Below, in pieces: positions 46,010 to 55,351 of a stretch of DNA of 62,609 nt. The notes under the pieces are model-generated. The model saw nothing but the letters and a program-made list of their open reading frames with translations, made no database searches and had not been told where the DNA came from. The translations under genes were made by a program, and so were the position numbers. Source of the DNA: a virus (taxonomy: Duplodnaviria; Caudoviricetes); the IMG/VR virus record IMGVR_UViG_3300028909_000024, positions 1 to 62,609 of that record; one strand, 5' to 3'. Positions within the stretch are counted from its first letter, which is position 1. Each line of letters starts with the position of its first letter.

Positions 46010-48423
46010 TGTCTGCAACCGTTGGTGCCAAGCCTCTGCAGTTCATCTACTCGTATGAAAATGTCCCGACCATTAAGAGGTTTTCCGAGAGTTCTGCTTT
46101 TATCCGCGGTCTCATGGGTCCGTTTGGTTGTCTTCCCGCCGAAACGGAGTTTCTATCCGATAAAGGATGGAAGCGAATGGATGAATTCGGTCTAGGCGAT
46201 AAAGTGGCTCAATGGCACCAATCATCTAGCCGCATAGAATTTGTCGAGCCGTTAAATCGTGTGGTGATGCCATGTGATGACATGCTGAGATTTAAAGGAA
46301 GTGGGCCGGGTTCTGTTCACATGGTGGTTTCCGATGAACATCGGGTGCCGCACTACAACTGGTCTGGTGAGTTTTCCGTTCGCACGGCCGCGCAAATTGC
46401 TGCAAAGCCGTCTAGGCGCACTATCCCCACCACTTTTTGTGGTCCAATCGGGGACGGATTGGAAATGTCGGATGACCTCATTCGCTTTGCCGTCATGATG
46501 CATGCGGATGGCCATTATCCCAAGCAGGGCAAGAAAGCGCTTATCTGCGTTCGCAAGGAACGCAAAAAAGCTCGGATTCGTGCTTTGTTTCAGAGGTTAG
46601 AAATTGAATTCACCGAGTCTGTTTATGAGAAGCGTCCCACCGAAACCACATTCAGATTTGTGCCTCCATATAAGGGGAAAAGCTTTGGCCCTGAGTGGTA
46701 TCAAGCCAATGCGCTTCAATTGCAGATTATTTTGGATGAAATTGAGCATTGGGATGGGCTTTATGGGCACGCCCAAAAGGTCTTTAGTTCAAGCGATAAA
46801 GCCAGCATTGATTTCATTCAGTATGTTGCCCATGCCTGTGGTTTTCGGGCAATTGCACGCCTGAATGGGGGCAAAGATCACTGGCAACCTAATTGGGCAC
46901 TTCATATTCGCTCTGGGGACAATCATAAGAATAGAGCTTGTGTGCGCGAGGGCACTCGGATTGACAGGGTGAAGACCTCGGATGGTCTCAAATATTGTTT
47001 TGAGGTTCCGAGCAGTTTTTTTGTCGTCCGACATGCAGGCTCTGTCTTTATAACAGGAAATTCAGGAAAGTCTTCGGGGTGCGTGGTCGAGATATTGCGG
47101 CGCGCGCTGGCGCAGCGTCCTGGACCTGATGGGGTTAGGCGCAGCCGGTGGGCGATCGTGCGCAACACCTATGCCGAATTGCGGATGACAACGGTAAAAA
47201 CCGTTCTGCAATGGCTTCCAAAAGACATCTACGGTGATTTTCACGAGACTAACCACACCTACACGATTCGCAATTTCGAGGGCGCAGAAATCGAACTGGT
47301 TTTCATTGCCTTGGACAGCGACAAGGATGTGAAAAAGCTTCTGTCCTTGGAATTGACAGGCGCGTGGGTCAATGAAGCGCGCGAGGTGCCCTGGTCCATC
47401 ATTGAAGTGCTGCAGGGGCGCCTGGGGCGTTATCCGGCGATGCGTGACGGCGGCCCGAGTTGGACTGGCCTGATTATGGATACCAATCCACCAGACGCAG
47501 ATTCGGCATGGTATAAGTTCTTCGAGGAAGCCGACCATTCAGATGATATTCGACGCCTTAACGAAGCTGTTCCCGGGCTCAATCTCACCCCAGAAACCTA
47601 TGCTGCAATCTTTAAACAACCATCAGGGCTGAGCGACGAGGCTGAAAACCTCGATAATTTGCAGGCAGGCTATTATCAGCGGCTTGCGATTGGGAAAAGC
47701 CCGGAATGGGTAAAGATCTATGTCAAGGGAGATTACGGCTTTGTCATGGAGGGACTTCCGGTCTTTCCGGAATTCTCTGATGCGCTTCATTTGGGGGAAT
47801 GTAAGACAGTTCGCGACCTTCCGGTCATACGCGGGTGGGACTACGGACTTACCCCAAGCTGCATTTTCTCGCAGCTTGCGCCGTCTGGTCAGCTTATCAC
47901 GGTCGATGAAATGACCTCAGAAGGCATGGGGATCGCCCGCTTTGCTGAGCATGTGATTGAGCACACCAAGATCGCCTTCCCCAAACGGGATTTCATTGAT
48001 GTGGGTGATCCTGCTGGTGATAGCCGTGTGCAGACGGATGAGCGCACTTGTTTTGAGATACAGCGTGCCATGGGCATCGACATTCAGGCTGCTCCGCAGA
48101 CCCTTTCCATCAGGTTGGAGAGCATGCGGAAGCCGCTGACTGTGCTCCGGGGCGGTCGCCCTGGGTTTGTGTTGCATCCGCGCTGCAAGATCCTTCGCCG
48201 AGCTTTTCTTGGCGGATATCACTACAAGAAAATGGGCAAATTGGACGGAGAGTTTCAGCAGATGCCCAATAAAAATCGCTTCAGTCACCCGATGGATTCG
48301 CAGACTTATATTGCAGCTTATTTATTTGGGGACAGTCTCACAACGCTTCCAAGCCGCGGAGATCACATGGACGATGAGATGATTTTTAACGTCAGAACGC
48401 GGTCAGATATTACTGGCTACTGA
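46009..48423 (+). CDS. terL: Terminase large subunit (intein-containing)
   Basis: Split Walker A GPFG|SGKS, Walker B WVNEARE, DTNPP, nuclease GWDYGL and HPMDS. Confidence 0.93.
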   Translation: MSATVGAKPLQFIYSYENVPTIKRFSESSAFIRGLMGPFGCLPAETEFLSDKGWKRMDEFGLGDKVAQWHQSSSRIEFVEPLNRVVMPCDDMLRFKGSGPGSVHMVVSDEHRVPHYNWSGEFSVRTAAQIAAKPSRRTIPTTFCGPIGDGLEMSDDLIRFAVMMHADGHYPKQGKKALICVRKERKKARIRALFQRLEIEFTESVYEKRPTETTFRFVPPYKGKSFGPEWYQANALQLQIILDEIEHWDGLYGHAQKVFSSSDKASIDFIQYVAHACGFRAIARLNGGKDHWQPNWALHIRSGDNHKNRACVREGTRIDRVKTSDGLKYCFEVPSSFFVVRHAGSVFITGNSGKSSGCVVEILRRALAQRPGPDGVRRSRWAIVRNTYAELRMTTVKTVLQWLPKDIYGDFHETNHTYTIRNFEGAEIELVFIALDSDKDVKKLLSLELTGAWVNEAREVPWSIIEVLQGRLGRYPAMRDGGPSWTGLIMDTNPPDADSAWYKFFEEADHSDDIRRLNEAVPGLNLTPETYAAIFKQPSGLSDEAENLDNLQAGYYQRLAIGKSPEWVKIYVKGDYGFVMEGLPVFPEFSDALHLGECKTVRDLPVIRGWDYGLTPSCIFSQLAPSGQLITVDEMTSEGMGIARFAEHVIEHTKIAFPKRDFIDVGDPAGDSRVQTDERTCFEIQRAMGIDIQAAPQTLSIRLESMRKPLTVLRGGRPGFVLHPRCKILRRAFLGGYHYKKMGKLDGEFQQMPNKNRFSHPMDSQTYIAAYLFGDSLTTLPSRGDHMDDEMIFNVRTRSDITGY
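46129..47061 (+). mobile_element. Intein (311 aa) with LAGLIDADG-type homing endonuclease
   Basis: Starts CLPAETEFL, block B VSDEHRV, MMHADG and EHWDG motifs, ends YCFEVP...FITGN followed by Ser +1. Confidence 0.92.
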
Positions 48424-48436
48424 AGGAGAGAGACTT

Positions 48437-48898
48437 TTGGCCGAATCAGCGCTTAGCGGCATGCCGGTTTCAGACCGGATCATCGTTGCAGAAGGACCAA
48501 TGGAACGGCTGATCACCGATCTGGTTCATTGGCAGCCAGGACTTGGCCCGCAGTCCGATAGGCATCTTGCAGACCGCGTCTTGGTGGCCTGCGGATGGCT
48601 CAGGATCAAGCGGGACGGCGAACCCACGCAATGGATTGCAGGATTGGCCCCCGATTTGGTATTTGAGGAGACGCACTACCCCAATCCGTTGCTGCGAATT
48701 GATGATGCGTTGAGCATTTTCCCACCGTCATGGATGGTCGTGGAAATGAAACTGCTGGCCCAGCCGGTGGTTTGGCTGGTGCGCGCCCGTAATCGCCTGA
48801 CCGGCGCCACGCTTGCGCCGATGAATGGCTGCCTGTCTGTCGCCATCTGCTGCGCTGCGGTGCTGGCCTGGGTAGAGGAGCGGCCAGCCGGTGAGTAG
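48437..48898 (+). CDS. Hypothetical protein (phage ABA-sandwich-like)
   Basis: DRHLADRVLVACGW...PNP...IDDALS...AICCAA; RBS AAGGAG. Confidence 0.5.
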   Translation: MAESALSGMPVSDRIIVAEGPMERLITDLVHWQPGLGPQSDRHLADRVLVACGWLRIKRDGEPTQWIAGLAPDLVFEETHYPNPLLRIDDALSIFPPSWMVVEMKLLAQPVVWLVRARNRLTGATLAPMNGCLSVAICCAAVLAWVEERPAGE

Positions 48899-49322
48899 CG
48901 TGCTGGCGGCGGCCATACGCGACCTTGAGGATACGATAGCCATCCAGTCAGAGGGTGCGCCAGACGGCGCGGTAAGGCTGGCCAGCGGAGGTATCGCAGA
49001 GGACGATGACAGCCCGCCTTTCCTCTGCCTCACGCGGGAAATGGCGGTTGATGAGTGGCTGACCGCCATGCACGATTACATCGTGGCTCGGATGGGCGAG
49101 GAAGGCAGCCCATTCGTCAATATGACCCATGAGGATCTGTGCCTGCGATGGGGAGATGAACCGGCGATGTATCGCTATCAGATCACCATGACAGGCGACG
49201 ACAACACGCACAGGGTGGTGCAGGACCGGTTTGCCGTGTTTTGCACGGTATGGATCGGAACCATTGAGGAAAGCGCCAAGCTGAAGCCAGCGCGGCCAGT
49301 TCTGGGGGTATCTGAGAGATGA
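48891..49322 (+). CDS. Hypothetical protein
   Basis: Coupled in operon. Confidence 0.55.
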   Translation: MSSVLAAAIRDLEDTIAIQSEGAPDGAVRLASGGIAEDDDSPPFLCLTREMAVDEWLTAMHDYIVARMGEEGSPFVNMTHEDLCLRWGDEPAMYRYQITMTGDDNTHRVVQDRFAVFCTVWIGTIEESAKLKPARPVLGVSER

Positions 49323-49552
49323 GCGTTTCATCTTTGCCTATTCCAAGCCGTTGCAGGACTGTGGATCAGGCTTTAGGGGCTGCAAAAAACGAAGGACTTT
49401 CTAACGTCTTGATCCTTTCGGAAACAGAAACTGGGCTTCTCATGATCAATGCGGGAGATGGCGAGCCCCTTACCGCAGCACAGTGCGCTTGGCTTTTGCT
49501 CAAAGCGCAGAGCATTCTTACAAGCCCAGAGCCTTACGAACCCAATTCATGA
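49319..49552 (+). CDS. Hypothetical protein
   Basis: ATGA coupling. Confidence 0.55.
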   Translation: MSVSSLPIPSRCRTVDQALGAAKNEGLSNVLILSETETGLLMINAGDGEPLTAAQCAWLLLKAQSILTSPEPYEPNS

Positions 49553-49591
49553 TAAAGCTTTCGCCAGCATGGTCCTAGCGAAAGGCGACAT

Positions 49592-51829
49592 ATGAGCCAG
49601 ACTGTATCTCCAGCGGCGCCCGGTCCTGGCGTCTCTATGCTGGGGGCGCTTGGTGCAGGCGCTCCTCCTTCCGGTCAAGCGCCTGGCTATGGACAGGCTG
49701 CAATACTGCCGCCCTTACCTCCAACACATGACGCGAACACCGAGATCTTGGACGGTGAGTCCCGTGGCGGTCCTGACATGGGGCAGGCGGAAAACCTGAA
49801 ACGCTGGATTGAGTCGGTCAATATTGCCGATGAACTGCCGGAGGAAGAGGTTGCAACCTATGGTATGCGCGTCAGTCAGGACTTTGAGATAGACCATACG
49901 AGTTGCGCAGACTGGCTCGAGAAATACCGCCGCTGGATGGACCGGGCGCTGCAGGTGACTGAGCCCAAGACTTATCCTTGGGTGAATGCTTCCAACGTCA
50001 TTTTCCCGTTGATGTCCACAGCGTCAGTGCAGTTTGCCGCCCGCGCTTACCCGGCGATCGTCGTTAATAAGGACGTGGTCAAGGGAGTGGTGGAGGGGTC
50101 TGAGGACAACGATGGCCTGCGGGAACGCGCCGAGCGCATCGGCTCCTATATGTCCTGGCAGTGCCTGGAAGAGATGCCCGAATGGGAGGGCGAGACTGAC
50201 AAGCTTCTGCACATCCTGCCCATCGTCGGGTCTGCGTTCCGCAAATCCTATTTCGATCCGGCCTTGCGGCGGAATGTTTCCCGACTGGTGACCTCTGACA
50301 AGGTGATCGTCAATTACAAGGCGATTTCGTTCTACCGGGCGCCTCGCGTGACTGAGATCATCGAATATTACCCGCATGAGATTGAAGAGAAAGTGCGGGC
50401 GGGTGTGTTCACGGACTATCCTTATGCCACCATGTCTGGCCGGATGGATGGCGATCTGGATGCGCCCATTGAGTTTCTAGAGCAGCACAGACGCCTAGAC
50501 CTTGATGGGGATGGTTATGCCGAGCCCTATATCGTCACAGTCCTCAAAGACACGTCCACGGTCGCCAGGATCGTCGCTAACTACGACATGGACGGGGTGA
50601 TCTTCGCCAAGTCGGCGGATGGCACGCCTGACCGCATCCGCTCAATTGATCATGTGGCCTATTACACTCCCTATGAGTTCCTGCCGAACCCTGATGGCGG
50701 CGTGTATGGCATCGGCTTTGGCCATCTCCTCTATCCGATCAATGCGGCGATCGACACCAGCCTGAACCAATTGCTGGATGCCGGACACCTTGCCAATACC
50801 GGCGGCGGCTTCATCGGCAAGGGTGTCAGTCTGTCATCTGGGTCCATGCGGTTCGCGCCAGGCGAATACAAGCAGGTCAATTCCAGTGGCCCGGCACTGA
50901 AAGACAACATCGTTCCACTGCCTTTTGCAGGTCCAAACCAAGTCCTGTTCGCGCTGCTGCAATTCCTCGTGGAGGCAGGTAAGGATGTGGCCTCCATCAA
51001 AGACATTCTGATGGGCCAGCAACCACAGGCCAACGTGGCTGCAACCACTGTTCTGGCCCTGATTGAGCAGGGCATGCAGGTCTTTTCGGCGATCTACAAG
51101 CGCGTTCACCGGTCGCTGCATGCCGAATACCAGAAGCTTTACAGGCTCAATCGGCTTTACATGGATGCCGAGGCCAAGTTCCGCAAAGGCGATATGTGGG
51201 GCAAGGTCAAACGGGAGGATTTCACTCCCGATTCGGGGTGTGAGCCTGTTTCTGACCCCACGATGATCAGCAACATGCAGAAGCTGGCCAAAGCCAACTT
51301 CCTTTTGCAGTTCAAAGATGACCCGCAGATCAACCAATTGGCCCTGCGCAAGCGGGTCTTCAGCTATGCCGGCGTCGATAAGATGGACGAGCTGCTGAAC
51401 GAGCAACCGCCGCAGCCAGATCCGCAGATCGTCCTGGGTCAGGCCCAACTTGCGCTGCAAAAGCAGATCGCCTCTGAGCAGTTGGAGACGAAGCAGGTTG
51501 CCGATGCCGAGGAAGCCCGCAGAAAGCGGGAGCGGGATGCGGTCATGAACGTGCTTACCTTGTCGCAGGCTTATAACCAACTCGCCCAGGCTGAAAAGGC
51601 GGCCGGCGACAATGACCGGGAATGGCTCACACACCAGTTGGAGTTTATGCGGAGTGAAATCGATAGATGGGGAGCTGGCCAAACGTCTGCGGGAGGCGGG
51701 ACATCCGATGGTGGATCGGCCGGAAATCCGCCGTCAGCTCCTGCTGCTGGCGGAAACGGACCCAATCCAATTCAACCTATGGCGCAACCACCCGGTAACG
51801 GAGCTGTTTCTCCGCTACCTGCATCATAG
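49592..51829 (+). CDS. Portal protein (podovirus type)
   Basis: PWVNASNV..PL, GSAFRKSYFD, DLDGDGYAEPYIVT, YGIGFG, NQLLDAG.L.N..GGF; follows terL. Confidence 0.9.
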   Translation: MSQTVSPAAPGPGVSMLGALGAGAPPSGQAPGYGQAAILPPLPPTHDANTEILDGESRGGPDMGQAENLKRWIESVNIADELPEEEVATYGMRVSQDFEIDHTSCADWLEKYRRWMDRALQVTEPKTYPWVNASNVIFPLMSTASVQFAARAYPAIVVNKDVVKGVVEGSEDNDGLRERAERIGSYMSWQCLEEMPEWEGETDKLLHILPIVGSAFRKSYFDPALRRNVSRLVTSDKVIVNYKAISFYRAPRVTEIIEYYPHEIEEKVRAGVFTDYPYATMSGRMDGDLDAPIEFLEQHRRLDLDGDGYAEPYIVTVLKDTSTVARIVANYDMDGVIFAKSADGTPDRIRSIDHVAYYTPYEFLPNPDGGVYGIGFGHLLYPINAAIDTSLNQLLDAGHLANTGGGFIGKGVSLSSGSMRFAPGEYKQVNSSGPALKDNIVPLPFAGPNQVLFALLQFLVEAGKDVASIKDILMGQQPQANVAATTVLALIEQGMQVFSAIYKRVHRSLHAEYQKLYRLNRLYMDAEAKFRKGDMWGKVKREDFTPDSGCEPVSDPTMISNMQKLAKANFLLQFKDDPQINQLALRKRVFSYAGVDKMDELLNEQPPQPDPQIVLGQAQLALQKQIASEQLETKQVADAEEARRKRERDAVMNVLTLSQAYNQLAQAEKAAGDNDREWLTHQLEFMRSEIDRWGAGQTSAGGGTSDGGSAGNPPSAPAAGGNGPNPIQPMAQPPGNGAVSPLPAS

Positions 51830-52031
51830 CCGCATTGAGGCACTGCTCAACCTCATGGCCCAATGGGAAAGCGGGGGATTGGTGCTATCAGAAGAACACG
51901 CGCTGCGCGGGCGCTTGCAGGCTCTGCACGATGCTGCAGAGACCCAATTGACGGACATCCGCGGCCATTACGAAGGGGTCTACCCACCTGGGATGCCCTG
52001 GCCTGAAGACAGGAAAAAGGACGGAGACTGA
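51708..52031 (+). CDS. Conserved-type post-portal protein
   Basis: FNLWRNHPVT motif; coupled to GroES. Confidence 0.6.
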   Translation: MVDRPEIRRQLLLLAETDPIQFNLWRNHPVTELFLRYLHHSRIEALLNLMAQWESGGLVLSEEHALRGRLQALHDAAETQLTDIRGHYEGVYPPGMPWPEDRKKDGD

Positions 52032-52513
52032 TGGAACAGAGACTATTGAAGACCGGAACGGCCGAATACACGATGGTCGAATGGAACGGACGGAACGAAT
52101 CGGGTTTCGAGCCGTTTTCAAACCGGGTTCTGATCCTCGTGGATCAGGTTGCAGCCCAAACCAAAGGCGGCATCATCATCGTCAATGAAATTCAGGAGAA
52201 GCAGAACGCGGCCTCTGAAAGCGGCGTCATCGTTGCCATGGGCACCGAGGCGTTTCAGCGTGATGATGATGGGCGGCCATGGGTCGGCGCAAAGCCGGAG
52301 GTCGGCAAGCACGTGTTTTTCGAGCGCTACGCCGGCCAAGTGCTGCATGGGGCAGATGCCCGCATGTATCGGCTGATGGACGCGCGATGCATCGGGGCTA
52401 TGGCGATTGCTTTGCCCGATGATTTCGAGCCCCCCGAAGTGCAGTTTGTCAAAAGTGCCCCCAGGGATCTGCTGGGTGCGGTGGCCAAAAACGTTGCAGG
52501 GAGTGCGTCATGA
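52031..52513 (+). CDS. groES: GroES-like co-chaperonin
   Basis: EPFSNRVLI...TKGGIII...GVIVAMG..A...VGKHV.F.RYAG...YRLMD. Confidence 0.85.
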   Translation: MEQRLLKTGTAEYTMVEWNGRNESGFEPFSNRVLILVDQVAAQTKGGIIIVNEIQEKQNAASESGVIVAMGTEAFQRDDDGRPWVGAKPEVGKHVFFERYAGQVLHGADARMYRLMDARCIGAMAIALPDDFEPPEVQFVKSAPRDLLGAVAKNVAGSAS

Positions 52514-53430
52514 GCGGATCGCGCCAACGGGTTGATGACGATCTGACGGAAAACGGCGAAGGCGCCGGTCAGACTGATGTCGAAGCCCGTGCCCGCCGGG
52601 CCGGATGGCGTCCTCGGGAGGAATACCGTGGCGATCCCGAGCGCTGGGTTGATGCGGATCAATTCCTTGAGGTCGCCGAACATGACCTGCCGATCGCAAA
52701 GGAGCGGAACAAGCGGCTTGACCAAAAGCTCACGCGCCAGGAGCGCATGTTGGAGCAGCAGGCTCAGGCCATCCATGAGCTGCGTGCCATGGCTTCCAAA
52801 AACGAAGAACGGGCTTATGAGCGGGCTCGGCAGGAGCTTCTGGTTGCCCAAGCTCAGGCAGTTGAGACGGCCGATACCGCGACATACCAGCGGGCCACAG
52901 CCCAGCTTGCCGAGTTGGAGAAGGAAAAGCCCAAGCCTGCCCCCACAGTGGCTCCGGGTCTGCCGCCGTCTGAAGACGTGCAGGATGTGCAGAATTGGGT
53001 CAAAAGCCAAGACTGGTGGCAGAAGGATCAGCAGCTCACGAACCTCGTCACCGGCATGCATGCTCAGGTCATGATGGCTCACCCCGAACTATCCCAGATG
53101 GATGGCCTTCGGCGGGTGCAGCGCATGTTGGCCGAGGACTACCCGGATAAGTTCGGCCAAACCCAGAAGCGTCCGCAGACGCAGCCTTCGGCTGATCAGG
53201 ATGGTGACGATCGCCAGCCGAATGCGCGCCGTGATGCCCCGGCTGCGGTTGGGGGCAGTGAATTGGGCGGCGCCGCGCCCAGGGGGCGTCGGGCATCCCC
53301 CAAGACCATTGCAGACCTTCCGCGCGATGAGCAGGCCGAGGCCCGCAAGGCATACCTCAAGTTCAAGTCCATGCCTGGCCTCAAGGACTTCACCGAGGAA
53401 GAATACGTCAAAAACTATCTGGAAGGCTGA
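52510..53430 (+). CDS. Capsid scaffolding protein (putative)
   Basis: ARRAGWRPREEYRGDPERWVDA, long coiled coil, EEYVKNY end; position before capsid genes. Confidence 0.7.
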   Translation: MSGSRQRVDDDLTENGEGAGQTDVEARARRAGWRPREEYRGDPERWVDADQFLEVAEHDLPIAKERNKRLDQKLTRQERMLEQQAQAIHELRAMASKNEERAYERARQELLVAQAQAVETADTATYQRATAQLAELEKEKPKPAPTVAPGLPPSEDVQDVQNWVKSQDWWQKDQQLTNLVTGMHAQVMMAHPELSQMDGLRRVQRMLAEDYPDKFGQTQKRPQTQPSADQDGDDRQPNARRDAPAAVGGSELGGAAPRGRRASPKTIADLPRDEQAEARKAYLKFKSMPGLKDFTEEEYVKNYLEG

Positions 53431-53448
53431 ACAAAGGAGGCTTGACCA

Positions 53449-53655
53449 ATGGCTAAGCTGACGACGAAAGCCCGCAAAGAGATCCCGGCCAAAGATTTTG
53501 CAGGCCCTGACCGGTCTTATCCCATCGAAGACCGCTCTCATGCACGCAATGCCCTTGCGCGGGCGTCGGGGAAGCCCGTTGAGGCGAAGGTCAAGGCTGC
53601 GGTCAAGCGCAAGTTCCCTGACATCAAGGTCAGCGGCAAAAAGGGGTCAAAGTAA
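53449..53655 (+). CDS. Small basic DUF6582-like protein
   Basis: LTTKARKEIPAKDFAGPDRSYPIEDRSHARNALAR; RBS AAGGAGG. Confidence 0.7.
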   Translation: MAKLTTKARKEIPAKDFAGPDRSYPIEDRSHARNALARASGKPVEAKVKAAVKRKFPDIKVSGKKGSK

Positions 53656-53930
53656 TGACCGCAGAAGTGGCCGCAACGGTCGCCCCCTTCACTGAAGCCG
53701 TGAATACCTTTGCTGCCGGGTTCACGGTGGCGAACGGGGCTTATGCTGGCATCACTGTGCCGGTGCAGCAGCGCGTTTACCAGATCGGGGATACATCCGA
53801 TTACGTCCAGATCCTGGCCGCTGCGGGCAAGTTCAAAGCCTCAAATCTCTATTGGATCACGCCCATAACGCAGACCCGTGATGGCCATGCGTTCTGCGAG
53901 TTCCAAATCGTTTTGCTACCCACAACATAG
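53655..53930 (+). CDS. Hypothetical protein
   Basis: TAATG coupling. Confidence 0.55.
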   Translation: MTAEVAATVAPFTEAVNTFAAGFTVANGAYAGITVPVQQRVYQIGDTSDYVQILAAAGKFKASNLYWITPITQTRDGHAFCEFQIVLLPTT

Positions 53931-53941
53931 GAAATAACGCG

Positions 53942-54649
53942 ATGTCTGATACCCCTCGCAAGGGTCGGCCTCCTGGCCCCAGAGTAAACCGCTCGCATCT
54001 TCTGTCCCCGTCCGAACCGGGGGAAGGCAACCTAAGCGCCGATGAAGACTTGCAGGATGCGGCGGCCGAAGAAGAGGAAGAGGCGATTGGACAAGCTCCC
54101 GTCGCCCCTCCCGGTTTCCCCGAACAAGACGGTCTTCGGGCTGGCCAAGAGCGCATGCAGCGCATCCGGGCCGAGGAAGAAGAGCGGAAACGGATCGAAG
54201 AAGCGCGCATTGCCAATGCCGGACGCACGCTTCTGCAAGACGATGCAGGGGCTGCAAGGCGGGTAACGCGCGAGACTCGCAAGCCTTTTGGTTCGATGAG
54301 CCAAAAACTGTATTGGCCAAAGCGCGAAGGTTTCTATAGACATTGGTTCAATGACTTGCCCGGTCGGATCGAGCAAGCCTTGCAGGCCGGTTATACGCAC
54401 GTGACTGATCCCAGCACGAAGCAGCCGGTTTCCAGGGTTGTCGGGAAAAATGACCGGGGCGAAGGCTTCCGCGGCTACCTCATGGAAATCCCAGAGGATT
54501 GGTGGCGTGAAGACATGGCGACAAACGACAGAGTAACGGCTGCCCGAATTGACCCCATCCGGCGCGGGAAGCCAGACGAAATGAAAGGCCAGCAGGGCTA
54601 TACGCCCCAGACAGGCATTTCATGGAAAGATGGCGATACGAGCCGCTAA
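53942..54649 (+). CDS. Head-module protein
   Basis: REGFYRHWFND.PGRI......GY...YLMEIP.DWW.ED pattern, seen upstream of capsid genes. Confidence 0.6.
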   Translation: MSDTPRKGRPPGPRVNRSHLLSPSEPGEGNLSADEDLQDAAAEEEEEAIGQAPVAPPGFPEQDGLRAGQERMQRIRAEEEERKRIEEARIANAGRTLLQDDAGAARRVTRETRKPFGSMSQKLYWPKREGFYRHWFNDLPGRIEQALQAGYTHVTDPSTKQPVSRVVGKNDRGEGFRGYLMEIPEDWWREDMATNDRVTAARIDPIRRGKPDEMKGQQGYTPQTGISWKDGDTSR

Positions 54650-54662
54650 CTAAGGCGCCCTA

Positions 54663-54723
54663 TCCCCGAGTGAGACTGCCGGCGGGAAGCCGGATTGTTT
54701 TCCCTCTGAAACTCATTCGGGGA
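54663..54723 (+). promoter_or_regulatory. Structured leader occluding the RBS of 54734
   Basis: TCCCCGAGTGAG pairs with CTCATTCGGGGA; inner CCGGC/GCCGG hairpin. Confidence 0.55.
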
Positions 54724-54733
54724 GTTCGGCCAA

Positions 54734-55336
54734 ATGGCCAATCCAAATGTCGCCCGCGGGCTGATCCCTGTTCGGGGTGCCTACGGCAATTACTTCAATG
54801 GCATGGGCAATATCTATTATGTCCCTGCCACGGATGCGAACAACATCTTCGTCGGTGATCCGGTCATCGTCACAGGCGGCGCTGATGCGAACGGCATTCC
54901 AGTCGTCACGCTCGCGACTGCTGGCGCTTCCAACTACATCACCGGGGCCATGATGGGCATCGTTCCGGCCGGTGGCCCGATCCTGCCCGAACTGGCCGTT
55001 CTCCGTGATCAGCCGGTCTATCGCCCGGCCAGCGTCGGCGCCTACATCCTCGTTTCCGACGATCCGGGCCAGCTTTACGAGATCCAAGAGGATAGCGTGG
55101 GCGGTGCGCTCGCCGCGACCGCCGTCAGCGGCAACGCCAATCTGGTCGCAGGTGCCGGCAATACGATCAACGGCTATTCGGGCTGGCAGTTGCAGTCTTC
55201 AAGCCTCGCCAACACCGCGACCTTGCAGCTCCGCATCCTGCGCGGCGTCCAGCGGGTGGACAACATCATCGGCGTCAACTTCAAGTGGTATGTGAAGCTC
55301 AATCTATCGAGCATCGCAAACCCAACCGGCGTGTAA
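54734..55336 (+). CDS. Capsid decoration/cement protein (putative)
   Basis: MAN.N..RGL.PV...IFVGDPV...V.DDP..LYEIQ; directly before the major capsid gene; strong codon bias. Confidence 0.65.
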   Translation: MANPNVARGLIPVRGAYGNYFNGMGNIYYVPATDANNIFVGDPVIVTGGADANGIPVVTLATAGASNYITGAMMGIVPAGGPILPELAVLRDQPVYRPASVGAYILVSDDPGQLYEIQEDSVGGALAATAVSGNANLVAGAGNTINGYSGWQLQSSSLANTATLQLRILRGVQRVDNIIGVNFKWYVKLNLSSIANPTGV

Positions 55337-55351
55337 GGGAGGGTCACAGCA

